Notes: a model not told the origin generated them from the sequence alone. Positions 12,981-26,700 are shown, counted from the stretch's first letter. The stretch is 64,000 nucleotides of DNA from Paraspadella gotoi (GCA_051294375.1 CM119271.1:242721-306720), one strand, 5' to 3'. Numbers and translations are program-made.

Positions 12981-14850
12981 TTAGCGCTTCCTTTTACCAT
13001 TCGTGCCCCCTCCCCCCCCGCCCCCGGTCCTTGGGTCACTCCCGCGCGGCCTCCCATAGCCTTCAGCGCCTCCGTCTCCCCCTCGCTGGTTGTAATAATC
13101 GTAGCGCCCGACCATCCCACCCCCCACGGTCGAACCGCCTCCGGGCATAGGATAGGCGACTGTCTCTTGTCTATCCTGATGGTAACGAGGATATGGATCC
13201 GGTTCTCCGAACTGGTGTCCCTCCGGCGATCTAAGGTCTCGAGACGCTGGTCCCCCTGGATAGCCGTACGGATCGCGCGCCCCGCCGTACGGATCCCCAA
13301 AACGGCTCTGTCCGTACTGTTCCAGTCGGGGACCCCCACCGCGGGCGTTCCTGGGAGAAAAGCCTGGGCTGCGCGGAGGAGGGGGTGCCCTGAACTGCCC
13401 GTCGCCGGGTCTTGATCTCTTGGGGTTCGAAGGTCCGTGACAATCTTTAGCGAAGTGACCTTCCTCTCCGCACCGGAAGCACCTGTCCACTTTATGCGCC
13501 TCCGAGGTGGAGACTTCAACTTTGATCTTGGACCCGTTCAGCATTGACAGGTGCAGCGCGTCTCTCGCTCTTTCAGCGTCTTGGTCGTCGTCAAAGTGGA
13601 CGAATCCATATCCTGAGACGACGGAGACGTCGAGGACGATCCCGTGGGCCGAGAAGGCCTCTCGCAGATCCTCCGTCGTCGTTCCTTCGGCCAGCCCTCC
13701 CACAAAGAGCTTGGCCTTGCGGCGCGGCTCGGCAAAGTCGATCCGCATGGGCTTGCCCTTGAGTGGAGATCGATCAAGAGCCTGTCGCGCCGCCGCGGCT
13801 TCCTCCAGCGTTTCGAAGCGGACGAATCCGTAGGAGCGTTTGACGTCGCAGAGAATGACGGCGCCGTAAGGGTCGAAGGCGGCCTTGAGCTCGGCCCGGG
13901 TCAGAGATTCGTCCAGGTTGCCCACGAAGAGACGGGAACAGACGGGCGCCTTGGAGGACTTGGAGGCGGCGGCGATGGAGGTGGTGGTGGAGACAGCGGT
14001 CAAGGTGTTGGCGATGGCGGCCTTTTCGTTTTGATTGGGTCGGTGCGGTCAGGATAGAAAATGGGGGAGAGAGGGAGACATGGATATTTGGCTTCTTTTT
14101 ACTTTCTGGTCAGGCAAGAGAGAAAAAAGGTCAATAAAAAAATAAAATTTGATGCGGATTAACGAAATCCACCGAAAAATCCGCCAACTGAGAGAGAGAT
14201 TTTGATCGAAATTTGACAAGCCTCTCCGCGGGAGACGAGAACAAAAAGATAACTTTTTTCTAAATTATAAATATTAAGAGGGAGTTGAGTCAAAGAGTGT
14301 CTTTCGCTTAATTTATATAATACGCCTCAGGGGGCTTGTCTTCTCCGAGTTCGGGCCCGAACATACTGTCGTGTTGGGGGCTTGTGTTATATATTAGCAA
14401 TAATACGGGAATCCTCCCCCCAGACTTTTAACTCTCTCCGTTTCATTTTTCTACTCCTGCCTTATGTCATCCTACGCCTCATTTGCATGATTATATTCAC
14501 AAAAAATCAAATTAGCACAGACAGCTGGAAGGGGAAGACAAAATTTAAGTCGATCGCGCTAACAAAAAACAAAATAGCAATTCCCCCCTTTCTTTTTCCC
14601 CTCCGCCATCCACGAATTTCCACCTTCATGACGTTGACTCGTTGACCTCCAGCCTCGCTCCGGTGTAGGGTGCGCACGGCCTTCGCCGCCGCCTCCTCCG
14701 CAGCGAACTCGACGAAACCGAAAGTCCAGACGACTCGGGAGTCGAGGATCTCCCCGCAGGAGGAGAAGAGGGAGTAGAGGGAGGAGGAGGGGAAATCGTT
14801 GGGGAGATTGGAGACGAAGACGCGAGTGGGGAAGACTTGCGGGCGGGCAT
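12981..14850 (-). CDS. lark/RBM4-like RNA-binding protein with three RRMs, a CCHC zinc knuckle and a Gly/Arg/Tyr-rich tail
   Basis: Exon 14021-12981 has RRMs (RLFVGNL..YGFVRF; KLFVGGL..YGFVHF) and CFRCGEEGHFAKDC. Exon 14850-14624 encodes a further RRM (TRVFVSNLP...FGFVEF) and is one base short at the G run 14828-14831. Confidence 0.85.
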
Positions 14851-15589
14851 GGTTTTGGAAAGGGGGGTGGGGGGTTGGGGGAGTTAAGACTAGAGAGGGA
14901 AAGAGGGTGGGCGGGTTTTTTATCCGTACGAAAAGTATATCGCTCGATCACTGGAGTTAAGTTTTTAAATCAGTTTCCGCGTGTCGCCATATTTTCAAAG
15001 TCAAAACTAAAATATTTTTGGAAGAGAACACAAAAAAAGGCTAAGTGAGACGGGAACTAATTTACTTTTTTGGTGGGTGCAAGTGCGCGAGTCTTTTTGC
15101 ATGTAGGAAAAAAAAAATAACAAGGCAAATCTAAAGAAAGACACGGATCGATGCGCTCAAAAAAATTGGAGGTCTAGACTATAGACACGAAAAATAACTA
15201 ATGGATTGGAATGTTGTGTGATAAAAATTTAGAGATCAAACAGAATACTTAAAATTATGTAAAACATTTGAGGACGGAATCTGATTTCTGGCATGAGTTA
15301 ATAGACGAGAGAATTTTTTTTGGCAAGTTTTTGATTATTTCTCATTTTTGAAATTTTTAGAATTTTTTAGAATTTTTTTGGTTGTTGTTGTAGTGGTCCG
15401 AGAAAAGAGGAATTCCCGATCGTACATCCGCTTTCCCGGATCGAAGAAATGACTGCTGTTTCATGTAAGTAGCGTGACTAAGACAACTCTTTCCGATCGT
15501 CTCTTTGCGTCCTTCTTCATTTCATCTTTATTATGTTTCTTTTTTTTCCCCTTTATTCCTTTTCTTCTGTCCGGTCTGTTCTTCCCTCG

Positions 15590-15755
15590 TCTCCTGCCTC
15601 ACTGCTCCTTCGACTTCTTCCCCAGTCTGCCTCACTGCTCCTTCAACTTCTTCCCCAGTCTCCTACCTCACTGCTCCTTCAACTTCTTTCCCCGTCTCCT
15701 GCCTCACTGCTCCTTTGACTTCTTCCCCAGTCTCCTGCCTCACTGCTCCTTCAAC
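15590..15755. repeat. ~36-bp tandem repeat, about 5 copies, overlapping the ELMOD3 stop codon
   Basis: Unit CTCCTGCCTCACTGCTCCTTCAACTTCTTCCCCAGT. Confidence 0.9.
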
Positions 15756-18700
15756 TCGCTCAAATTCGTGAAACCTACAACTTCCATCCTCTCCTTCCCG
15801 ATCCTTTTCTCCTTCTCACTCTTTCCCTTCCCTTTCCCCTTCTCCTCCTCTCTCACGGCTCCCAAGGGGTCCTTCAGGAGCCCCTTCTCCAAGGAATTGA
15901 GGACGAACCCGGCGTCGACGATCGTCTTCCTGCCGTCGCGCCAAGCAAGGTAGAGGCGCCGGACGGCGGCACGGTATAGGGAGAAGAAAACGGCGGCGCC
16001 AGCCGAGAGGCGATCGTCGAGGGAGGTTGCACTGGATAAATGGTTAGATGGACGGACGGACAGATGAAGAAAAAAAGAATGAATGAGAATGAAAATATGA
16101 AAAAATGTAATCAAGCAATAACTAATTTTCAAATTATTATTAAAATAACCATGACGGATTGAAAGGCCTAATAAAATTAATATGCTAACCTTTCCGATCG
16201 ACATTCAGTTGTTGTTTGCTTATAACAGAGACACTTTTTAAAGTATCATTTGTAACTTGTTTAATGTTTATAACAACCCCTCCCCCCAAAACTCACCTCG
16301 CCCCTCCCTCGCCAACCCCCCTCTCCCTCCTCGCCATCTCCACGTCTAACGCCCCCGACTTCAACGCCCTCAAACACATCCTCGTCGCGTTGAACGACGT
16401 CACGGCGAGCGGGAAATTTTGGACGGGGTCGCGGGAGAGACGATGGACGTCGGCGAGGAGGCGGGACCCGGGGGCGTCGACTGACCAATGGAGGAGACAG
16501 AGGAGACCGAGGACGCCGACGCCGCGGAGGTCGGTCGCTGGATCGGTGCCCTTGGGGGGAGAGAGGGGGGCGTCGAGGCGGAGACGATCGTTACGACAGG
16601 AGACGCGGAAAAAAGGGAATAATTTAAATCTTTTATAAATATTTTTTTTTAAAAATCTGATCCGGAGGGAGCATGAAAATGTCGGGAACACCAGGAGGGT
16701 TGACATCAAATAATCCAAAATTTAGCTCTTTTTTTAAAAATTAAAGTAGAAAACTTTTTTACTAATTTATAAGGCAGTGTTTTTTTTTCCTTCGAAATTT
16801 AAATCTTTAATTTTGAATGCTCATTTTTTAATATTTTACAGTAAGTTACATAGCACAAGACAAAAAAAAAAAAAAAAAAATTGAACCAGCACACAAAAAA
16901 AAAGGCCAATCTTCAACCTGAAATCCAACTTCCTCCCAGTGAGCGCCGTATCTCGGCGCTCGTCGTCCGGTGGGCAGCAGGCGTTCGCGGAACGAACGAA
17001 GCATGTCCACATGCGTCGAATCGGTGTCGTTTAACGGCGTCGCCGCCAGTGCCTCGAGTACGCCGCGGGAAGAAGGCGCCGCGCCGTCCAGGACGACGCC
17101 GAGGCGAAGGCAAAGGGCGGCGCAACAAGCGGCGTCGAAGGGGAGGTCATAGGCGGCGACGGAGCGGCAGAGATTGGACCAGGCAGAAGCGAAGGGGATG
17201 GGGAAGTCGGCCTCGCATGAATTGGGGACATGGTGACGGGGAGTATGGTCTGAGATAGGTTGGCCGGCAGAGGTTATTTGTACCTCGGCCCACTCGTCGA
17301 CGTCGTCGTCGTCATCTTCGCCAGGATCGACGCTGGGTTGAGCGATGGAGGGATGGTTTAAAAAAGAGAGCGGGAAAACGACTTTCGAAGTTTGTTTACG
17401 AAAATCGAATCCGGATTCATCGTCGGAGAATTTCCTCGTGGCGATAAGGGAGGCGTCTGAGGCCTTGGAGGGGAAAGAGGGGGAAGAAGATACGCACGTA
17501 ATTCGTCAGGAGAAATGAAGGTTTAAGAAAAAAGAAAAAAAAAGTTAAAAAAACAAAAGAGAGAAAAAAGAAGTAAAGAGGATCAAGGGAAATTTTTTTT
17601 TTCAAAACTTTTTAGTCGGATCTGCTTATCGCAGATTCCGACTCTATATTCACATTGACGGTCTGTCTGTCCACCCCCACAATCTTGTCAGTCATGTAAG
17701 ATCATGTCAGAACCTCAAATCATGATAAATTATACCCAAAAAGTTATGTCCGACCGTCTGTCTGTCCGTCCCCATTAGCAAAAAAAAAAACCCAATTACT
17801 GCTGATTGGATGGTTTGATTTTAATAAAAATTTGTGTGTAGGTAGAAAACTGTGTGATTGAGATGGATATAAAGTTTTGATGAAATCGTGCGAGTGGAAA
17901 GGAGTTTAAATGGAAAAAACGTAAACTGCCACAAAGTCCGAATTAACTTAATCTTTTAACTAATTTTAACCCATAATTACTCAAATTAATCATATTTGGA
18001 TTGATTGATTGAGATGAAATTTTGTGTGTGGGTAGGGAAGTGTGTCACAAAGCTGAATATAAAGTTTCAATGGAATCGCGCAAGTTGAATTGAGTTTAAA
18101 TGGAAAAAATATAAGTAACATTTACTTGAATCTTTTTACTAATTTTAACCCATAATTACTCCAATTAATCATAATTGGATGGATAGATTGAGATAAAATT
18201 TTGTGTGTGGGTAGGAAAATATGTGATTGAGCAGGAAATTAAGTTTTGATTGAATCGATAGTTTGCGTGGAAAAAAAAGTCGAGTTGACTTGATTTTTTT
18301 ATTAATTATGCTTACTTATTTAAAATTTGATTTAATGAAAAGTGTGTGATTTAGCTAAATATAAAGTTTCGATGGAATCTTGCGAGAGGAAATTGAAAAA
18401 AAAGTAACATTTACTTGAATTTGTTTTGATTAAGTTTTTCTCTCTATCTCTCTCTCTTGCTCTTTTTCTCTCTCTTGCTCACTCTCTTGTTCTCCCTTAA
18501 AAAATTATATAATTGAAAAAAATTATGCAAGTTTAAAAAATTATAAATTAAAAAAATTATTCAAGTTAAAAAAATGATGCAAGTAAAAAAATGATGCAAG
18601 TTGCAAAAATAATACTAGTTGAAAAAATTATTAGTATCATAGTAACAGTTCAGTTTAATCCCTTTCAAGCAATTTACATGTATTAACGCTGCCACTGGTT

Positions 18701-19705
18701 TGGTATGGTATGATCTGTTATGATCAGTTAGGATCACAAATTGAAAGAATTATCGTGATTTATCGTCTGATTACCTGATTACCGCTTAATTATCGTAGAC
18801 AGATCCGACATTGTTTGCTCAAACTTGTTTTAAAAGTAAATCTGTTTATAAAACCGATACATTTATTTTCTTTCCTTCTTTTTTTCTTTCTCTCTCTCTC
18901 TCGTCTTCATCTCTCGAGTGAAATAATCACGTTTAGAAATTTAAGTAGGGATTTTTATTGATAAAGACGTCGGGAGAGAAACCGTGCTAAAGACCGGGAC
19001 AGCAGGCGCCGTAAAGTTTATAAGTTTCTTATCCACCTGGAGTCTTGATATTCAATGGGTACCTTAATAAAATAAAGCATCTGAGTTATGGTCGTCTGGA
19101 CTTTACAAAAAAGCATTAAAAAAAGGAGTCGGCTTATAAGGCCAGTGGAGGGCAGGTGTCTTAAGAAAGCGTTAAAATTCGTACTTTTACAGTAATTTAT
19201 ACTAAGATGACCAAGAAAATAGCGGTTCGGTTAAAACTTAGTTTCAGATTTGAGCGGAAAGTTACATCCCCGAACAACTCTTAACCGTTAACGGTTTGTT
19301 AACTTAATGGCGGGCGTTAAACGTTAATTAGTTGAAAGTATAAAAAGAAAGGAAACAAAGAAACCAGAAATATAGTGTGGACAAAGTGACAAATTCGTCG
19401 CGACAGTTTTAAGCGTCAAAGATTTTTTTGTCTCGCCTTCTTCGCCCTCTCCAAACTAAATATAATCGAAGAAAATAAAAAAAATAGGGGAAAAAAACAA
19501 TAAGACGAAGTGAAATGACAAAGTTAACGACGAAGACGACGGCGATGATGACGTAACGAGGGACAAAAATTAGGGACGATTCAACTCCCCTTTTCGTAAA
19601 ACGATTTGTCTGTCCGTTAAAAAAACACTCGGTGCGTGACTCAACGAGAATTGTACAAGTTATTTTCTCTGCTTCGGTTGTCGAACCGAAACAGCAACGT
19701 CGACG

Positions 19706-19757
<52 letters not shown>

Positions 19758-20130
19758 AAAAAATTGATCTCTTGACGACTCGTCCCCTAAAATATTCCGC
19801 AGAAAGGGTCTCTCTCAACATGGATAAACTCTCCTTAAGGAATGGCAACACATTCCAGGTGCATTAAAACTTATCAAATCAAATCCTCTCTCTCTCTCCC
19901 CTTACCTGAAATTCTAATCCCACCTCCTCCTCCCAGTCTCGGCCTTCGGCGTTCGAGTCGTCGACCGCCGAGACGAAACCAGTTCCGGACGAGTTGGCGT
20001 CGCCACGCTCCGCAGCAGTCGCCGCCCCCGACGCCGCGGGAATTCCAGCCGCCGATTCAGCAGCGGGCCGGGAATACGCGTTGCCGACGCTGCCCGCCAC
20101 GAGATACTTGTTTAGTTTCGTCGACGCCAT
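15740..20130 (-). CDS. ELMOD3: ELMO domain-containing protein 3 (ARL2/ARF-family GAP)
   Basis: Exons 20130-19906, 17463-17400 (one base short), 17332-16918, 16550-16297 and 16031-15740. Motifs HWEEVGFQ|GTDPATDLRGVGVLGLLCLL, VQNFPLAVTSFNAT and WRDGRKTIVDAGFVL match ELMOD3. Confidence 0.88.
17610..18829 (+). mobile_element. HINE family A copy 3
   Basis: TTTTAGTCGGATCTGCTTATCGCAGATTCCGACT start, GTCT/GTCC microsatellite, 3-4 internal ~120-180-bp repeats, AAAAAATGATGCAAGT minisatellite, and ...CAGATCCGACATTGTTTGCTCAAACTTGTT end. Confidence 0.78.
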
Positions 20131-20731
20131 TTCAAGAGAGAGAGAGATAGAGAGAGAGGAGAAGAGGAGTGCTCGTTTTTTTTGTCAACTCCTTTTATTA
20201 TTAATGACAACTTTTTTTTATTCTTTGTCTTTTTTTAAAATTACGATTCGAAAGGTGGATAACTTTTTTGGCAGTTGAACTTTCTCTTGCTCTCATCGCC
20301 GAAAAATTTGAGAGAGAAAGAGAGATAGAAAGAGAGATATGGCTTTCTCTTCCCTAACTTTTGGCTTCGTCCTTCAAAAAAAAATTGGAAATTTTCCAAG
20401 GTCGAGCGTAAAAACTTTGGAATTCTTTTTAACTCTCTTTCCCCACTTAGTGTCACGGTTTCTTCTTTTTTTTACTTATTTCTTTTCTTTTAAAAAGATT
20501 TTGTTTCAAATTCCAGAGGGGAAACTTGAAACGATAGAGGGCGGGAGCGACCGACTTTTGTTTTTTTCCCCGTTTTTTTCTTTACCAAAAGTTGTAGAAG
20601 CGGTTTATTGTAATATTGATCTCGTGCTACTTAGTGGATGAGGCGAGGGGAGCATGATCTTGTGAATTTTACTAAGACTTAACGACGAAAAACGATCCAA
20701 ACAGCCACTAGCAGAAACTCCAAGCCCTCCT

Positions 20732-23700
20732 TCAGAGAATGGTCTTCTTGAAGCCGACGACGCTGACGAAGACGATGACCTCGACGATCGATGGCAGCAA
20801 AGAACAAAAACCAAAGACGAACCAAAAGGTGAAGCAAGAGAGAGACTCGTAGACGGCGAGGGCGAGACCCACGACTGCAGAGAAGTGGGCGGTCAGGGAA
20901 AAGAGGGAGACTTGGAAGTGGAAGGGGAGGTGGGAGGGGAAGGGGAGGAGGAAAGTGGGGACCGGTTTGTTTTCAAAGTTTTACGGTGAAATGTTTGAAT
21001 AGAACGAGATAGATGTATTAATTACAACATCGTATAATAAAGTACCTACAAATTATCTAAAAAATTAACCAAAACATGGCACATCCAATTTTAATTAATA
21101 CAGAAGGCTTCATATTATAAAATGAGGTACCCCTTTTTTGTGACCAAAACACGTTCCGAGAAAACTATTGAATAGATTTTAATGAAATTTGGTATGAACG
21201 ATCCCTATGTGAATACAAATAGAAATATTGAGGCGAATTTTAATATTTGACCCCTGAGCCGAGATATGGGGCCGGGTAGGGCTCATCCATAGGGGCAAAA
21301 AAAGGCCCAAAATTTTTCCCCATTTTTTAAAGTTTTTTTGTTTTGAACAGTTGCCCAGACGTTTACTCTTCCACAAAAACGTGTTTATTACCACAAAAAT
21401 ATTAGTTTACCTTAATTTTTAGCATCATGAACACAGGCGGTTGAAGTCAGATTTGGAATAATTTAGGAAAGTTGAGAGAAAAACGATGAACAATGCATCT
21501 TCAAACACCGATTAATTAGCAAAAAATTTAATAATTTTAGTTTTAAACAAGTTTGAGCAAACAATGTCGGATCTGCCTACGATAATTAAGCGGTAATCAG
21601 CTAATCAGATGATAAATCACAATATTTTTTTAAAAAATTTTTAACTCGCATCATTTTTTCCACTCATCATTTTTACAATTCGCGTCTTTTTTTTTAACTG
21701 CCAACATTTTTTTTAACTGCCATCATTTTTTTTTAACTGCCTCATTTTTTTTTAACTGCCATCATTTTTTTTTAAACTGCCATCATTTTTTTTTAACTGC
21801 CATCATTTTTTTTTACTGCCATCCATTTTTTTTACTCCCATCATTTTTTTAACTGCATCATTTTTTTTAACTGCCATCATTTTTTTTTAACTGCCATCAT
21901 CTTTTTTTTAACGCCATCATTTTTTTTAACTGCCATCATTTTTTTTAACTGCCATCATTTTTTTAACTGCCATCATTTTTTTTAACTGCCATCATTTTTT
22001 TTTTCTCACTGCCATCATTTTTTTTTAACTGCCATCATTTTTTTTTAACTGCCATCATTTTTTTTAACTGCCATCATTTTTTTTTAACTGCCATCATTTT
22101 TTTTAACTGCCATCATTTTTTTAAACTGCCATCATTTTTTTTTTAATCTGCCATCATTTTTTTTTTAACTCCATCATTTTTTTTTTAACTGCCAATCTTT
22201 TTTTTTTAACTCCATCATTTTTTTTTAACTGCCATCATTTTTTTCTCTAACTGCCATCATTTTTTTTAACTGCATCATTTTTTTTTAACTGCACATCATT
22301 TTTTTTAACTTGCATCATTTTTTTTTAACTTGCATCATTTTTTTTTAACTGCAATCATTTTTTTAAACTTGCATCATTTTTTTAACTTGCATCATTTTTT
22401 TAACTTGCATCATTTTTTTTAACTTGCATCATTTTTTTTAACTTGCATCATTTTTTTAACTTGTGCATTGTTTACGCACATTTTTTACGTCACAGTATGA
22501 CTAAATAGACAACTTAAGAATGATAAATATGGATTCAGTAAGCTTGTCTTAACCTTGAACAAGAAGAACTAATGTAGTTCTCACACCTTTCTAATCACAA
22601 AAATTGTTTTTAATTGAATTCTATTGACGCAATAAAATTTTCCCACAGTGAATGTAATTTATTTACATTGTAGAGAATGGATTAAAAACAATTGTTTTAT
22701 TAATGTTGATGAAAAAACATTTAATTAGATCCAAGATCAGAACAGCAAACTAAACTCACTAGGAAAACAATCATTAAAGTAAACAATCAATTTTCAGTTA
22801 AGTTTGAATCAGCGAGAAAGGAACAATCTGTTGTTTGAGCTCTGATTCGATGAAAAAGAACCAAAAGGCTCTCGAATTTGATTAAAGCTATAAATAAGAT
22901 TCTGATCTTCGGATTAGGGGTTGCTTGGATAGCTGATGGGCCGAGAGCCAGGATGCAAGACCGAGCCTTCTGGCCCGGGTTCGAATCCCCGGAGCGGATG
23001 AATTATTTATAAGTATTTTAATTCGTTGCCTGAGATGACGCGCAATGCCCCCTGTTATGTATATAGTAAAATATATATAATTAACATTACGCGTTGTCGT
23101 CTATTCCAGTATGATTGTTAGAAAATGATGTTAAATTACTTAAATATACTAAATAAAATATATATACCCGGGTATATATTAAACAAAATAATGCTCAGTG
23201 ACCGATCTTTCAGCAAAATTCGAAAAATTCAATAACAGACTAAATACAAAGATTCAAAACCTTCATTTAAAATACAAAAAATACAAAAGATATTTTAAAT
23301 ACATAACAAAATAGATAATATAGGTATGGGTGTATCGACAGTGCGGAGCTTTTACGGGAGGAGACCGAAGGATCGCCCATGGGAGAAGACGCCTCCGGCT
23401 TGTCGATTAGGCCGATTCAGAGGTATTTTGTCCTTTTTGTTGTTGTCATTTTGTTCTTTTTGTCTTTTAACAATCTCTTTCAAAAACCACAAGTAATTGT
23501 TGGGCGGTTGTTGTTGTTGTTGTTTTGTATTTCGGGTTCTTGTTTTATATTCGAAAGATAAGTTTCCGCCGAAGGTTTTGGTAATCTCTCTATTCGTTTG
23601 CTTCAATTTCGTATCTTTCGGATTGTGTTGTTCGTTATTTCCTCTGGTCTTCGATTTTCGAAGTCGTCGTCACGTGGAGGGCTGGGGAGAATATGAAGAC

Positions 23701-26700
23701 AGGAGGAAAGCAAAGATGGGGGAAGTTGGGGATGGGTTTGGGGGAAGCTGGGAAGCTGGGGTGAGAGTTGGGTGGGGATAGGAGGAGGAGGTGGAGGCGA
23801 AGGAGGGTTTTCCGGCGACAGCTGCTCGTGGTGATTCATCGGAGCGGAGTGATTCGAGTAGTTGTGTGGCGCGTCGCTGAGGGGTTTTCTTAAAACCAGG
23901 TGGACGCCCCATGGGCGTCGCTGGGGATGAATCAGGGTCCGTCTGCCAACACATCGTCCTTAACCACGGCTGGTTTTATCCTCGGCTATATTCACGTGTT
24001 TGGCGTACACTTACTGGGAATCTCGATTGGATGTCTGAAAGGCGCGGCACGACGTGAAATTACACCATATGGGCGCTTCATACGGAGCACTAAAGGGGGA
24101 TTGACGCCTGCTCTTTTCAACGAAAACATATTTTGGGCCGATTCGAGATTACTTGGTAAGGTGAATATTTGGTTGTTGGTGGGCGGAGGTTGGCGTCGGT
24201 TCTAGGAGGCCGCTACGTTCCAACTGCGGAAGCTCTTGCCAGCTGCTTCTTTCGCCCGGCGGCTGCTAGTGCTGCGTCGTCGTGCTGGGGTTGTCGAGAT
24301 GCCGCCCTGGGACGCTGATCCCTTCGCCAAAAACACCAATCGGCCGCTGAGGGCGCCGATATCTCTTAATCGTTGGTTCTCAACGGCTAGCAACGTCATG
24401 GGAGCTTCCAGTACCGGAGTTTTGCCGATTTTCGTTGCGCAGAGCGATTTAGAGAACTCTTTGAGTCGTCGGTGGAACGCTCAACAAGCCATTGCCTGGG
24501 GATGAATAGGCCGTTTGTAGTTTGATGCTTTATTCCCCCATTGTTTTTGTCAACTGACGCAGAGGGCTAGAGTTAATAGAGTTCCCTCGGATCGGTCGTT
24601 ATGACCACCTGGCGTTCCAAATATCTTATCCTTGTAGCTTAGAGCAATCTAATATGTCGTCGAGGTAGAGTATCCGCGGTGATCGGGGATGGCCCGGCCA
24701 TACTGAGAGAAGCGATCAACAAATTGTGAGTAGATGCAGTAAAACGTTGGAGTTTCGGACATCTTCACCAAGTCTGAAATTGAGATGTTGGAATCGCCTG
24801 GCGGTATTTAACTCGCCGATATCTGGAACTATGTGACGAGGGTCCGCTTTGCTCTCTGACGAACTAGGGTAGACAATCTCTGTGCCAGTGTTGTGACATC
24901 CTGTCGCCATGTTTTCCACACGATTTAGGCCGCTACAGCTTGCGGGTGCGTCGAGCGCGGGTGACCTAATCCATGTATGAATAAATACTTTCGACTGGCA
25001 TGGACCGGGCTGGTACAATGGGCGTGGCCGGGCCATGTCGAAATATCTGCGAGGAGATCTATGCCTCGCCAACGTTTCGCATTTTCTAAAGTTGAGACCC
25101 GGACCTGGCTTCTTCATGCTAGTCGTTGATAAGTCTGCGATGCTAATAGTGTTCTTGAGAGCCATTTTTTTCGAAGTCGATTTCGAAGTGTCGTGAGAGA
25201 GGCGATTTAGAGCGTCGAGCATCTGTCTAAACGGATTGTTCCTTGTGATTGGGTCGTTTGAGGTGATGACGTTGACGGGCGATTGTCGACTGCGTCTGAC
25301 GCTGATCTTGGCGGCGGCTGGCGTCGTCGTCGTCGCCGTCGCGTCGTTGCCGTTTCTGGCGTCGTTGTAGCCCACCCTGATGACGTTGTTGCTCGCACGA
25401 TGTAGTTGCGTTGGTTGGGTCGTATGGCGTTGGTTGACGAGGTATTGAGGCGTTTGGTCGGGAAAGTCGCATCTGCTACTACGTTCGCCTTTCCCCTTAA
25501 ATATCGTACGTCAGTAGTGAATTCCGCTATATCACAGTAAATTGATATATCTGCCTCTCGTTTGCTGGTTCTGCCTTCTTTTGATAGTGTCACTAAGCTC
25601 TGGTGATTCTGTATATTAGCGTAAATCGCTCTTCCTTCGACCCAATGCCTGAAATGACGGACGGCATTCTGAATGCTCCAAAGGCCCTTATCAACGGGGG
25701 CCATAGTTTTTTGGTTTTTTGGCGAGTTTTGTAAGAAAAAAAGGCTAAGGGTTTCCCAACCTTATGGTCTCGCTGTTCTAATACGGCTCCCACCGCTTGA
25801 ATCAGAAGCATCAGTAGTTATGCCAAAGTTGAGCTCTCGGTCCTTGGATGATGCAATATAGGCGCTTGGATTAGGGCCCTCCTTTATAGATTCGAAGGCT
25901 TTGGTCGCATGAATCCGTCGCACTCAAGAGTCTTGGCTTTCCGCTCAATGCCTCATATAAGGGAAGTGCAGCGATGGGCTATCTCCAGCGATGAATGCGG
26001 CGATAGTATTAACCATGGCCCAAAAATCGCTCAACTCCTTTACGCGTAGTGGGGACGAGGTTGTCTGTTGGAGTGCGTTTGGACACGTTTTCGCGGTAGA
26101 CGGTCGGTAATGCCGTCTTTAAATCTACCAAAAAGCCCAAAGAATTTCGAGTGATTCTTGGCGAGTAGACATTTTTTAGTGTTTACTCACCTAATTCCGT
26201 GTTGGCATCGAGCGCCTTGAAGAAAATCGTTCGTAGGTCCTGCCCGTATATGCTCGTCAGGCTGATGAAGAAGGCGACCAAGTATATCGTCGAGTATATA
26301 CTATACGTGTGAGGAATTTCCCGAGGATCTCGTCCATGAAGCCTCTGAAAGTCCTGATCCGGCGTTTTTGAGGCGCGAACGGACAACGGGGAAATACATA
26401 TAACCCAATTGAGTATGCACTGCCAGTCTTCTTCACGTCCTCGGGGTTCACAAGGTATCTGATGGTACCCTTCAAACAAGTCGATTTTTAGGAAAAGATG
26501 GTTTTCCAAGCGAAGTTGAGAGTTGAAGTCCCGTTAAGAGCTTCACTGGGTACTTGTCATCGATAGTTTTGTGGCATTGAGTCGTCTGTTAAGTCACCAA
26601 CAAAACATCGCCAACACTCCATCTGGCCTTGGCTAACCACATGGAGGGGCGATGACCACTCAGAGCTTTCCCTCGTTTGGCAATTCCCAATGGATTACCA

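Noticed and set aside
14295-14335. Hammerhead ribozyme core on the minus strand (CTGAGGC...CGAAA)
   Set aside because: Does not fit CUGANGA, and the flanking stems cannot be formed.
20560-20731. U8 snoRNA in the TMEM107 3' region, as in human
   Set aside because: No recognisable U8 5' motif or C/D box arrangement by eye.
23352-24200. env-like extra ORF in the Gypsy 3' region
   Set aside because: Only Pro/Gln-rich low-complexity fragments on the element strand, with no signal peptide or transmembrane pattern; probably integrase tail and 3'UTR.
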